64,000 bases of DNA from Gammaproteobacteria bacterium (lineage in GTDB: Bacteria > Pseudomonadota > Gammaproteobacteria > UBA4575). The position numbers were made by a program, and so were the translations under genes. Shown in pieces: positions 56,452 through 64,000 of the stretch. Where the stretch lies: contig OY759361.1 in the NCBI GenBank assembly GCA_963662355.1, forward strand, positions 1,386,265 to 1,450,264, written 5' to 3'. Under the pieces are notes generated by a model. That model was given only the letters and a program-made list of their open reading frames with translations, was not told where the DNA came from and ran no database searches. Each line of letters starts with the position of its first letter. The stretch's first letter is position 1.

Positions 56452-57276
56452 CTATATTGCTTCACCTGGTCTGCACAAAATATCGTAGTGCTGCCACTCA
56501 TCAAGGTTTTCTTCGGTTACAAGAGGTCCTGTACCAATTGGTTCTTCGGTTATCTTGTATACACGGTAGCCAAGGTCCAGAAAGAAAGAGAGCAGATTTT
56601 TGCGGTATGTACTGTCAGTATTTTTGAAGACTTCGGCCTTGATAATCGGTTTGTAGGCCCTGATTATGTCGTGGATAGACTCCAAAACATGCAGGTCATA
56701 GCCTTCTGTATCCACCTTGATGAATTTCAATCGTGGCAGCATTTCGGAGTAATCTTCAAACAGCTCTTTTTTCAAATTCACACAGAATACTTCTAATTTA
56801 AATGGGTGCCCATGCTTGATAGTAGGAATTCCTTCGTGGCGACCACCGTTGCAAAAGCCGGCATCGGAATACTCGAATTCCATGAATCCTTCAGTGGAAG
56901 TTGCTGCAGCCATCATTGTATTTATGTTGACAATATGAGTATTTGTTCGAGCATTTTTCTCTAGAACATGGTAAACGAATGGGTTGGGCTCAAGTGCTAA
57001 AACGCAGCCGCTATTCCCTACGGCAAGGGCCATGGGCATCGTTGAGTCTCCTGTATGTGCACCTATATCAATGCAGAAATCTCCTTCCTCTAGAATTTTT
57101 TGATATGTCTCGACCTCTTGGGCCGTCACTGTTTTTTTTGCTTCATTGCGATGTGGGTGTAACCATCGTGCGAAATGAACAGTTGTATCTCCTAAATGCA
57201 CATCACGGATTTGGTAAGCATAGTGGCTGGATTTCCCACGAAAACCCAAAAATTGAAACATGTTTTTGATTTTCAT
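56452..57276 (-). CDS. FkbM-family methyltransferase
   Basis: IDIGAHTGDSTMPMALAV...ALEPNP...IKVDTEGYDLHVLES, the typical FkbM-domain blocks. Confidence 0.7.
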   Translation of the reverse strand: MKIKNMFQFLGFRGKSSHYAYQIRDVHLGDTTVHFARWLHPHRNEAKKTVTAQEVETYQKILEEGDFCIDIGAHTGDSTMPMALAVGNSGCVLALEPNPFVYHVLEKNARTNTHIVNINTMMAAATSTEGFMEFEYSDAGFCNGGRHEGIPTIKHGHPFKLEVFCVNLKKELFEDYSEMLPRLKFIKVDTEGYDLHVLESIHDIIRAYKPIIKAEVFKNTDSTYRKNLLSFFLDLGYRVYKITEEPIGTGPLVTEENLDEWQHYDILCRPGEAI

Positions 57277-57657
57277 GATTTTTTGCGTTCAGAATCTGGT
57301 CCGGATGGATCCATGGATACCTCAGGTTAACTATTTTAGCAGGCTATCGAAACGGGAGTATATCCCGTGAAGCGGAACTCGGTTGATGATTAGCTTGATA
57401 CGGAATCAGCAACGGTTCAGAGGACTTGTTGGCAATCGTAGGGCAATGGCATGGTTTCAGCTTTGAGTTTTACCTCATTTTTGAAAAGCTCGTAATCATG
57501 ATCCAATCAAATTATACGAATGTAGATCTCATTTTTTTGATGACTAAGGTCAATTAACTGCTTGCAATGATCATCCCGACTGGCTTCAAGGTGCAGTCAG
57601 GAATTATACTGAGAATCCCGTACACTGAAGATGTAGATCTTACTTAACAAAATCTCG

Positions 57658-58992
57658 ATGTCGAAGAAAGTATTTGTCAAAACACAGGGCTGCCAGATGA
57701 ACGAGTATGATTCTGCGAGGATGCTTGACGTACTGCGCAGCGAATGCGGTTTTGATGTCACCGCCGATTTGTCCAAGGCTGATGTGTTATTGCTCAACAC
57801 ATGCTCAATTCGTGAAAAGGCACAGGAAAAGGTGTTTTCACAGTTAGGGCAATGGCGGCCATTGAAAGAAAAAAACCCAGGTGTCTTGATCGGTGTAGGG
57901 GGTTGTGTAGCCAGCCAAGAAGGCGATGCCTTGGCTGCACGCGCGAAACACGTGGATGTGGTATTTGGCCCCCAGACGATTCACCGGCTGCCGGAGCTAT
58001 TGAGGCAGGCGGCAGAAGACAAGGAAGTGGTCGTCGATATCTCTTTTCCGGAAATGGAAAAGTTTGACTGTTTACCCGAGCCTCGACACAGTGGCCCGGT
58101 CGCCCTTGTTTCAATAATGGAGGGCTGCAGCAAATATTGCACGTATTGCGTAGTGCCTTATACCCGTGGAGAGGAGTTCAGCAGACCGCTGGAGAATGTA
58201 CTGGATGAAATCGGGTTGCTGGCTCAAAAAGGTGTGCGTGAGGTTACGTTGCTGGGGCAGAATGTGAACGGGTACCGCGGGCTTGACCGGCAGGGGGAGA
58301 TAGCGGATTTTTCCCTGTTACTTTACTATGTAAGCAATATCGAAGGCATCGAGCGTATCCGGTATACTAGCTCTCACCCCGTAGAATTTTCGGACAACCT
58401 GATTAATGCGTATGCGGAGGTTCCTGAGCTGGTGAACCACGTGCATTTGCCGGTGCAAAGTGGCTCAGACAGGGTATTGTCTGCTATGAAGCGTGGGTAC
58501 ACGGCACTGGAGTATAAGTCCATAATAAAAAAATTGCGCAAGCACCGACCTGATATCAGCATTTCATCAGATTTCATCGTCGGGTTTCCTGGTGAAACGG
58601 ATCAGGATTTTGAGGAGACAGTGAATTTTGTGAAAGAGGTTGGTTTTGATCAGTCTTTCAGTTTCATCTACAGCACAAGGCCCGGAACTCCTGCTGCATT
58701 CCTAGAAGATCTTGTTACACAGGACGTGAAAAAATACAGGCTGCAGCGTCTGCAGGAAATCATTCGCGATGCATCCAGCACTCATTCACAAGCGATGCTG
58801 GGGACCGATCAGGTGGTGCTGGTCGAAGGGCACTCAAAGAAGTCGTCCCTTGAGTATTCAGGAAGAACCGAAAATAATCGTGTAGTCAATTTTGAGGCAC
58901 CTGGTAATGTGATCGGTAAGTTCGTTCGTCTCGGGATTACTGATGTGTTTTCAAATTCGTTGCGAGGCGTTTATCATGAAACACTCTCCTAG
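57658..58992 (+). CDS. miaB: tRNA-2-methylthio-N6-dimethylallyladenosine synthase MiaB
   Basis: [22 protein letters not shown]..., radical-SAM CxxxCxxC (CSKYCTYC), and a TRAM domain. Confidence 0.95.
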   Translation: MSKKVFVKTQGCQMNEYDSARMLDVLRSECGFDVTADLSKADVLLLNTCSIREKAQEKVFSQLGQWRPLKEKNPGVLIGVGGCVASQEGDALAARAKHVDVVFGPQTIHRLPELLRQAAEDKEVVVDISFPEMEKFDCLPEPRHSGPVALVSIMEGCSKYCTYCVVPYTRGEEFSRPLENVLDEIGLLAQKGVREVTLLGQNVNGYRGLDRQGEIADFSLLLYYVSNIEGIERIRYTSSHPVEFSDNLINAYAEVPELVNHVHLPVQSGSDRVLSAMKRGYTALEYKSIIKKLRKHRPDISISSDFIVGFPGETDQDFEETVNFVKEVGFDQSFSFIYSTRPGTPAAFLEDLVTQDVKKYRLQRLQEIIRDASSTHSQAMLGTDQVVLVEGHSKKSSLEYSGRTENNRVVNFEAPGNVIGKFVRLGITDVFSNSLRGVYHETLS

Positions 58993-59006
58993 AGGAAGCA
59001 GCACTT

Positions 59007-59969
59007 TTGCCAACTGAAGTCTATTCCGTCAATATTTTTCTGGAGCCTGCCGACAATCCTCGTCTGGCCAATCTGTGCGGGCCACTCAACGGACATCTGC
59101 ATCAGCTTGAAAAACGGCTGGGTGTGGAAATCAATAACCGTGGTAATGCGTTTTCCATTAGCGGTGAAGCCAAGGCAACGAATGCAGCGGTAGAGGTCCT
59201 GAAAGAGCTTTACGATACGACCAAAAGTCAGGTGCTGTCTTCTTCGGATGTCCACCTGCACTTGCAGGAGTCTGAACTTGCCAATATAGCTGAACAGAAA
59301 CTCAGATTCTCAAGTCGGACAGTCTACACGAAGCGTGGTGTGGTCAAACCCCGTGGTGCAAACCAGCAACGGTATGTCCAATGCATTGAAGAACGTGATC
59401 TGGTATTTGGCATTGGACCGGCAGGTACCGGGAAAACCTATCTTGCTGTTGCCTGTGCAGTTGGAGCGCTTGAACGGGACAGGATTCGCAAACTCGTCCT
59501 GGTAAGACCAGCCGTAGAGGCGGGTGAAAGACTGGGATTCCTGCCGGGCGATCTTGCCCAAAAGATTGACCCGTATCTGCGACCCATGTACGACGCGCTG
59601 TACGAGATGCTGGGGTATGAAAAAGTGAGCAAGCTCATTGACAGGAATGTCATCGAAATTGCTCCTCTGGCTTATATGCGCGGGCGTACCCTGAATGATG
59701 CCTACATTATCTTGGATGAAGCACAAAACACTACTGTAGAACAGATGAAAATGTTCCTGACACGCATTGGATTCGGTTCCAAAGCCATCGTAACCGGTGA
59801 CATCACGCAAATTGACTTGCCCAGCATCAAGGAATCAGGCTTGAAACACGTCAGGCGTATTCTGAAAAATACCGAAGGTGTTTCAATTTGTGAATTCAAT
59901 TCCAGGGATGTCGTGCGTCATTCGCTGGTCAAGAAAATCATCAAGGCGTACGACGGTGATTCAAGCTAA
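59007..59969 (+). CDS. ybeZ: PhoH-like ATPase (YbeZ)
   Basis: Walker A GPAGTGKTYLAV, located immediately after miaB. TTG start with AGAGGAAG 8 nt upstream. Confidence 0.9.
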   Translation: MPTEVYSVNIFLEPADNPRLANLCGPLNGHLHQLEKRLGVEINNRGNAFSISGEAKATNAAVEVLKELYDTTKSQVLSSSDVHLHLQESELANIAEQKLRFSSRTVYTKRGVVKPRGANQQRYVQCIEERDLVFGIGPAGTGKTYLAVACAVGALERDRIRKLVLVRPAVEAGERLGFLPGDLAQKIDPYLRPMYDALYEMLGYEKVSKLIDRNVIEIAPLAYMRGRTLNDAYIILDEAQNTTVEQMKMFLTRIGFGSKAIVTGDITQIDLPSIKESGLKHVRRILKNTEGVSICEFNSRDVVRHSLVKKIIKAYDGDSS

Positions 59970-59984
59970 CTGGGTTTCCTAAAT

Positions 59985-60428
59985 GTGGCCATCCAGCTAG
60001 ACGTCCAGATTGCAACTGAAGATAGTCACATACCTTCTGAGTCGGAATTCAGGGGATGGGCAGGAGATATTCAATCCTCTGGTGCTGCCGACAATGCTTG
60101 TTTGCGTATTGTCGGCATGGACGAAGGAAAACACCTGAACAGCACGTACCGCAAGAAGGATGAAGCTACAAATGTCCTGTCTTTTCCTGCCTCGGTCCCT
60201 GAAGAACTTGGAACTGGTTTTCTTGGAGATATTGTGATTTGTGCGCCGGTGGTTATTGAGGAAGCTGTCACACAGGGGAAAGACATCCGGTCACACTGGG
60301 CGCATCTTCTGGTACATGGTATTTTGCATTTGCAGGGTCATGTCCACGATAATGACCAGCAGGCACAGGAAATGGAAGCACTGGAAATCGCAATTTTGCA
60401 CAGACTGGGAGTTGAGAATCCGTATTAA
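59985..60428 (+). CDS. ybeY: endoribonuclease YbeY (rRNA maturation factor)
   Basis: H..HGILHLQGHVHDND, matching the family's HxxxHLxGxxH metal-binding motif. Confidence 0.92.
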   Translation: MAIQLDVQIATEDSHIPSESEFRGWAGDIQSSGAADNACLRIVGMDEGKHLNSTYRKKDEATNVLSFPASVPEELGTGFLGDIVICAPVVIEEAVTQGKDIRSHWAHLLVHGILHLQGHVHDNDQQAQEMEALEIAILHRLGVENPY

Positions 60429-60434
60429 GCCATA

Positions 60435-61283
60435 ATGTCAAAAACACGTGATACAACTACGCAGTGGCTTCGCATGCCTGCCTTTTTCAAGATGTTTTTT
60501 GACAGGATCCCTGAAGACCGTGCAGAGATCATTCAACTGCTGCACCGGGCCGAAGCCAATGGCGTGATCAAAAGCGACATACTGGAAATGATTAAAGGTG
60601 CCATCCAGGTATCAGAAATCCAGGTGAAAAATATCATGATCCCACGTTCGCAGATGATCGTGTTCCGCAGGGGCGGAAACTTGCAGGACATGCTGCCCGT
60701 GATAATAGACTCCGCACATTCCAGATTCCCGGTCGTGGGAGATAGTAAGGATGAAGTGCTGGGTATTTTGCTCGCCAAGGATTTGCTACGCTATTTCATG
60801 GACAGTAAGCAGGGGCATTTCAGCCTGGAAGACGTGCTGCGCCCTGCTGTTGTGGTTCCAGAATCCAAACGGGTCAATACCCTGTTGAATGAGTTCAAGG
60901 ATAGCCGTAACCACATGGCAATAGTCGTGGATGAATACAGTGGTGTATCAGGGCTGGTGACGATCGAGGATGTTCTGGAACAGATCGTTGGAGATATTAC
61001 GGATGAACATGATGCAACAGAAGACCAGTACATATTCGAGCATTCTGAAGGACACTACGGAGTGAAGGCCTTGACTCCGATCGAGGAATTCAATGATTTT
61101 TTTTCCACTCGGTACAGTGATGCGGACTTCGAAACTTTCGGAGGGCTGGTTCTCAGCAAGTTTGGACATCTGCCCAAAAAAGGCGAGAGCATTGAATTTG
61201 ATCGCTTTACTGTAGAGGTATTACGTTCTGACCGGCGAAGACTTCATTTGCTGAATGTTTCCAGCAGCCCTGATCATTCGTAG
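60435..61283 (+). CDS. corC: HlyC/CorC-family transporter-associated protein (CBS pair plus CorC_HlyC), CorC/YbeX
   Basis: Conserved position after ybeY, with CBS-domain and C-terminal CorC blocks. Confidence 0.9.
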   Translation: MSKTRDTTTQWLRMPAFFKMFFDRIPEDRAEIIQLLHRAEANGVIKSDILEMIKGAIQVSEIQVKNIMIPRSQMIVFRRGGNLQDMLPVIIDSAHSRFPVVGDSKDEVLGILLAKDLLRYFMDSKQGHFSLEDVLRPAVVVPESKRVNTLLNEFKDSRNHMAIVVDEYSGVSGLVTIEDVLEQIVGDITDEHDATEDQYIFEHSEGHYGVKALTPIEEFNDFFSTRYSDADFETFGGLVLSKFGHLPKKGESIEFDRFTVEVLRSDRRRLHLLNVSSSPDHS

Positions 61284-61340
61284 TCAGGGCAGCACCTATC
61301 CATCCGTCCTGAGACCTGGCAACACGCTTTTCGCAGATAC

Positions 61341-62879
61341 ATGTCTTTTGTTCCCAATTATGTTGCAGTCCTGATTGCAGCGGTGAGCGGGGCCGTACTG
61401 GTTTGCGGTTTCGCACCGCTCTCCTGGTGGTGGCTGACACTTGTTTGCCCGGCTGTTTTATACATGTCTCTCATCGGCCGCACACCCGGAAACGCATTTT
61501 TGATTGGGCTTGTTTTCGGGCTGGTGTTTTTTGGGCTAGGTGTGTCCTGGACATTCAACAGTATCCACGAGTTCGGCCATGCGCCCGTATGGCTGAGTGT
61601 ATTCCTTGTAGCATTGTTGGTGATAGTACTTGCGCTGTTTCCGGCCTTTTCTGCATTCCTGTTTTCAAGGGTGTGCCGTAACAGTTTGTTTGGCATATCC
61701 AGCATACTTGCATTTTCTGTACTCTGGACGCTGTTTGAATGGGTTCGGGGCTGGATATTTACAGGATTTCCATGGCTGCTAATGGGGCATGCCCATCATT
61801 CCAGTCCGCTACAGGGGGTTCTCCCTGTTTTGGGCACTTACGGAGCGACCTGGGTTGCAGTACTCCTGGGTTGCCTTGCCACGGTGCTGATTTTCGGAAT
61901 GGCAAGGCAAAGAATCGCTGCCGGTATATCGCTGGTACTGGTCGCATCTGCGCTGCTTGTCGGCAATCAGGTCACCTGGACGAGCCCGGACAATAATCCT
62001 CTCAGTGTCGTCCTGATCCAGGGGAACATCTCCCAGGAAATGAAATGGGATCGTGCGCAGCATCCGCATATTTTTCGAAGATACCTTCAGCTCAGCGAAG
62101 CGCATCTGGATGCAGATATCATCATCTGGCCGGAATCTGCCATCCCCACCTATTATTTTGAGGTCAAAGACTCATTCATACTGGAGCTGGAAGAAATTGC
62201 ATTGGCGGAAAATGTCGACTTCCTGGTGGGGTTGTTTACCTATGATCAGGACAGCAAGGAGATATACAACTCGGTGATGACTATTGGTGAGGAGAAAACT
62301 GTCTATACCAAGCGTCATCTTGTTCCGTTTGGGGAATATATTCCATTTCGCAACATCGTACCGTTTCTGACACGCCAGATTGAGCTTCCGATGTCCGATA
62401 TTTCTAGTGGTAGCGGACGGCCTCTGGTCAAGCTGAAAGGTTATTTCGCGGGCGCATCCATCTGTTATGAAGTGGCGTACGGTAACGAAATGATTGAGGC
62501 CATGCCCGAGGCAAAATTTCTCTTCAATGTCAGTAACGATGCCTGGTTTGGTGATTCATTTGCACCGCACCAGCATCTGGAGATTGCACGTTCCAGGGCT
62601 GTCGAATCGGGACGGTATCTGTTGCGTGCAACCAGCACAGGAATCTCGGCCATTGTCGATCCCCATGGTACTGTCGTGGAACGTTCTGCACAGTTCCAGG
62701 AAGACATAATCAGGGCAAATATCCAGCCGCACACGGGTCTAACGCCGTATTCACGTTGGGGAAACTGGACAATAATTACTACCCTTTCCGGTATTTTCCT
62801 TATAATCTGTTTGTATCGATGGCGCAGGATGCGATCCAAAGCTCCACTCTTGAATCAGTCAGATCCCGGATTTAGATAA
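61341..62879 (+). CDS. lnt: apolipoprotein N-acyltransferase
   Basis: N-terminal multi-TM region plus a C-terminal nitrilase-like domain (IIWPESAIP..., CYE). Confidence 0.93.
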   Translation: MSFVPNYVAVLIAAVSGAVLVCGFAPLSWWWLTLVCPAVLYMSLIGRTPGNAFLIGLVFGLVFFGLGVSWTFNSIHEFGHAPVWLSVFLVALLVIVLALFPAFSAFLFSRVCRNSLFGISSILAFSVLWTLFEWVRGWIFTGFPWLLMGHAHHSSPLQGVLPVLGTYGATWVAVLLGCLATVLIFGMARQRIAAGISLVLVASALLVGNQVTWTSPDNNPLSVVLIQGNISQEMKWDRAQHPHIFRRYLQLSEAHLDADIIIWPESAIPTYYFEVKDSFILELEEIALAENVDFLVGLFTYDQDSKEIYNSVMTIGEEKTVYTKRHLVPFGEYIPFRNIVPFLTRQIELPMSDISSGSGRPLVKLKGYFAGASICYEVAYGNEMIEAMPEAKFLFNVSNDAWFGDSFAPHQHLEIARSRAVESGRYLLRATSTGISAIVDPHGTVVERSAQFQEDIIRANIQPHTGLTPYSRWGNWTIITTLSGIFLIICLYRWRRMRSKAPLLNQSDPGFR

Positions 62880-62881
62880 TC

Positions 62882-64000
62882 ATGACGCCTCCCCTCATAC
62901 CAGTAGTATTGTCCGGTGGTTCCGGTACGCGCCTGTGGCCGCTATCCAGAAAGCTTTATCCCAAGCAGTTTATTCCGCTAAGGGGAGATAAAAGCCTGTT
63001 TCAGGCCACAGTAGAACGCGTTCAGTGCCTGGATCATCCAAGAGGGATTTTGGTGATTTGCAACGATGAACATCGGTTTATGGCGGCAGAGCAGTTACGC
63101 TGGTCTGGACTGGAACATTCGGCAATTATCCTGGAGCCAGTGGGACGGAATACAGCACCTGCCATTGCCATAGCCGCAATGCATGCGCTGGACCAGGATG
63201 CTGATGCGCACTTGCTGGTAGTTCCTGCCGATCACTTGGTGAAGGATTTGCCTCAGTTTCAACTGGCAGTATCCGTTGCCGAACAGGTTGCCGCCGACAG
63301 ACTGGTGACTTTTGGTGTTGTGCCCGATCGTGTTGAAACCGGATTCGGATACATTGAATTCAGCAAGGCAGTTTCCTTGCAATCCGCAGCAGGTGTAGCG
63401 TACGACGTTGACAAGTTTGTAGAAAAACCGGATTTCGAAACTGCCCGTGCCTACCTGGAAAGCGGTAATTATCTCTGGAACAGCGGGATGTTCCTGTTCT
63501 CAGCCAAGATGTATCTGGATGAACTCAAGCGATTGCAACCGGATATCTGTGAAGCATGCCGCCAGGCGCATGCAGGCCGCAAACAGGATCTGGATTTTAT
63601 CCGTTTGGATAAACAGGCATTTTCAAAAGCTCCTGACATTTCTGTTGACTATGCAGTCATGGAGAAGACCGACAAGGCTGCTGTCGTCCCGTTGAACAGT
63701 GGCTGGAACGATATCGGATCCTGGCATGCATTATGGGAATCGTCTCAACGGGACCGCAACGGCAATGCGACATCCGGGGACGTCATTGCAACTGATTGTG
63801 AAGGGTGCTATATCCATTCCAACCATCGGCTGGTAACGGCGGTCGGGATCAGGGATCAGGTGATGGTCGAGACCGCGGATGCGATCCTTGTGGTCCCTCG
63901 TGATCGGGTACAGGAAGTCAGGGATATTGTGGTCAGGCTTCAGCAGGCCGGGCGAGGTGAAGTGGAGATTCATCCCAGAGTCCACCGTCCCTGGGGTACC
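62882..64000 (+). CDS. manC: mannose-1-phosphate guanylyltransferase / mannose-6-phosphate isomerase (3'-truncated by the window end)
   Basis: MTPPLIPVVLSGGSGTRLWPLSRKLYPKQF... followed by a cupin-like C-terminal part. No stop codon before the window end. Confidence 0.85.
   Translation, partial: MTPPLIPVVLSGGSGTRLWPLSRKLYPKQFIPLRGDKSLFQATVERVQCLDHPRGILVICNDEHRFMAAEQLRWSGLEHSAIILEPVGRNTAPAIAIAAMHALDQDADAHLLVVPADHLVKDLPQFQLAVSVAEQVAADRLVTFGVVPDRVETGFGYIEFSKAVSLQSAAGVAYDVDKFVEKPDFETARAYLESGNYLWNSGMFLFSAKMYLDELKRLQPDICEACRQAHAGRKQDLDFIRLDKQAFSKAPDISVDYAVMEKTDKAAVVPLNSGWNDIGSWHALWESSQRDRNGNATSGDVIATDCEGCYIHSNHRLVTAVGIRDQVMVETADAILVVPRDRVQEVRDIVVRLQQAGRGEVEIHPRVHRPWGT

Overview
This 64-kb window is a chromosomal region of gammaproteobacterial type with three parts. 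(1) Positions 1 to about 19.5 kb form a compositionally mosaic accessory region with AT-rich blocks, a roughly 60% GC block and mid-GC blocks. It carries: a translationally coupled pair of a 5'-truncated gene plus a UBC/E2-like protein with a C-terminal SEC-C zinc motif; a stand-alone SIR2_2-type sirtuin-like protein; an overlapping gene pair whose first member has an R-x4-H (HEPN-like) motif; an orphan ParA-family ATPase with a downstream partner; a fatty-acid hydroxylase/sterol desaturase-superfamily membrane enzyme; an AT-rich overlapping two-gene module followed by a candidate PD-(D/E)xK nuclease; a peptidase M19 membrane dipeptidase; a high-GC TonB-dependent receptor; a secreted DsrE-like protein; and a membrane protein. 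Three degenerate direct repeats that resemble a tRNA 3' end (about 7.28, 12.35 and 18.31 kb) divide this region into blocks. (2) tRNA-Trp is followed by the complete conserved cluster secE-nusG-rplKAJL-rpoBC-rpsLG-fusA-tuf-rpsJ-rplCDWB-rpsS-rplV-rpsC-rplP-rpmC-rpsQ-rplNXE-rpsNH-rplFR-rpsE-rpmD-rplO-secY-rpmJ-rpsMKD-rpoA-rplQ (19.6 to 49.8 kb), which ends in a clear intrinsic terminator. (3) Downstream are a DUF62 SAM hydroxide adenosyltransferase-family gene, uvrA (minus strand), two divergent Kdo/WaaP-like kinase-fold genes inserted between uvrA and ssb, ssb, an FkbM-family methyltransferase (minus strand), miaB-ybeZ-ybeY-corC-lnt, and the 5' part of a manC-like gene. The main novelty candidate is the E2-like/SEC-C plus SIR2 cassette with its neighbouring HEPN-like gene pair at the left edge. 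All calls come from reading the sequence and translated ORFs by eye; no database search was possible.
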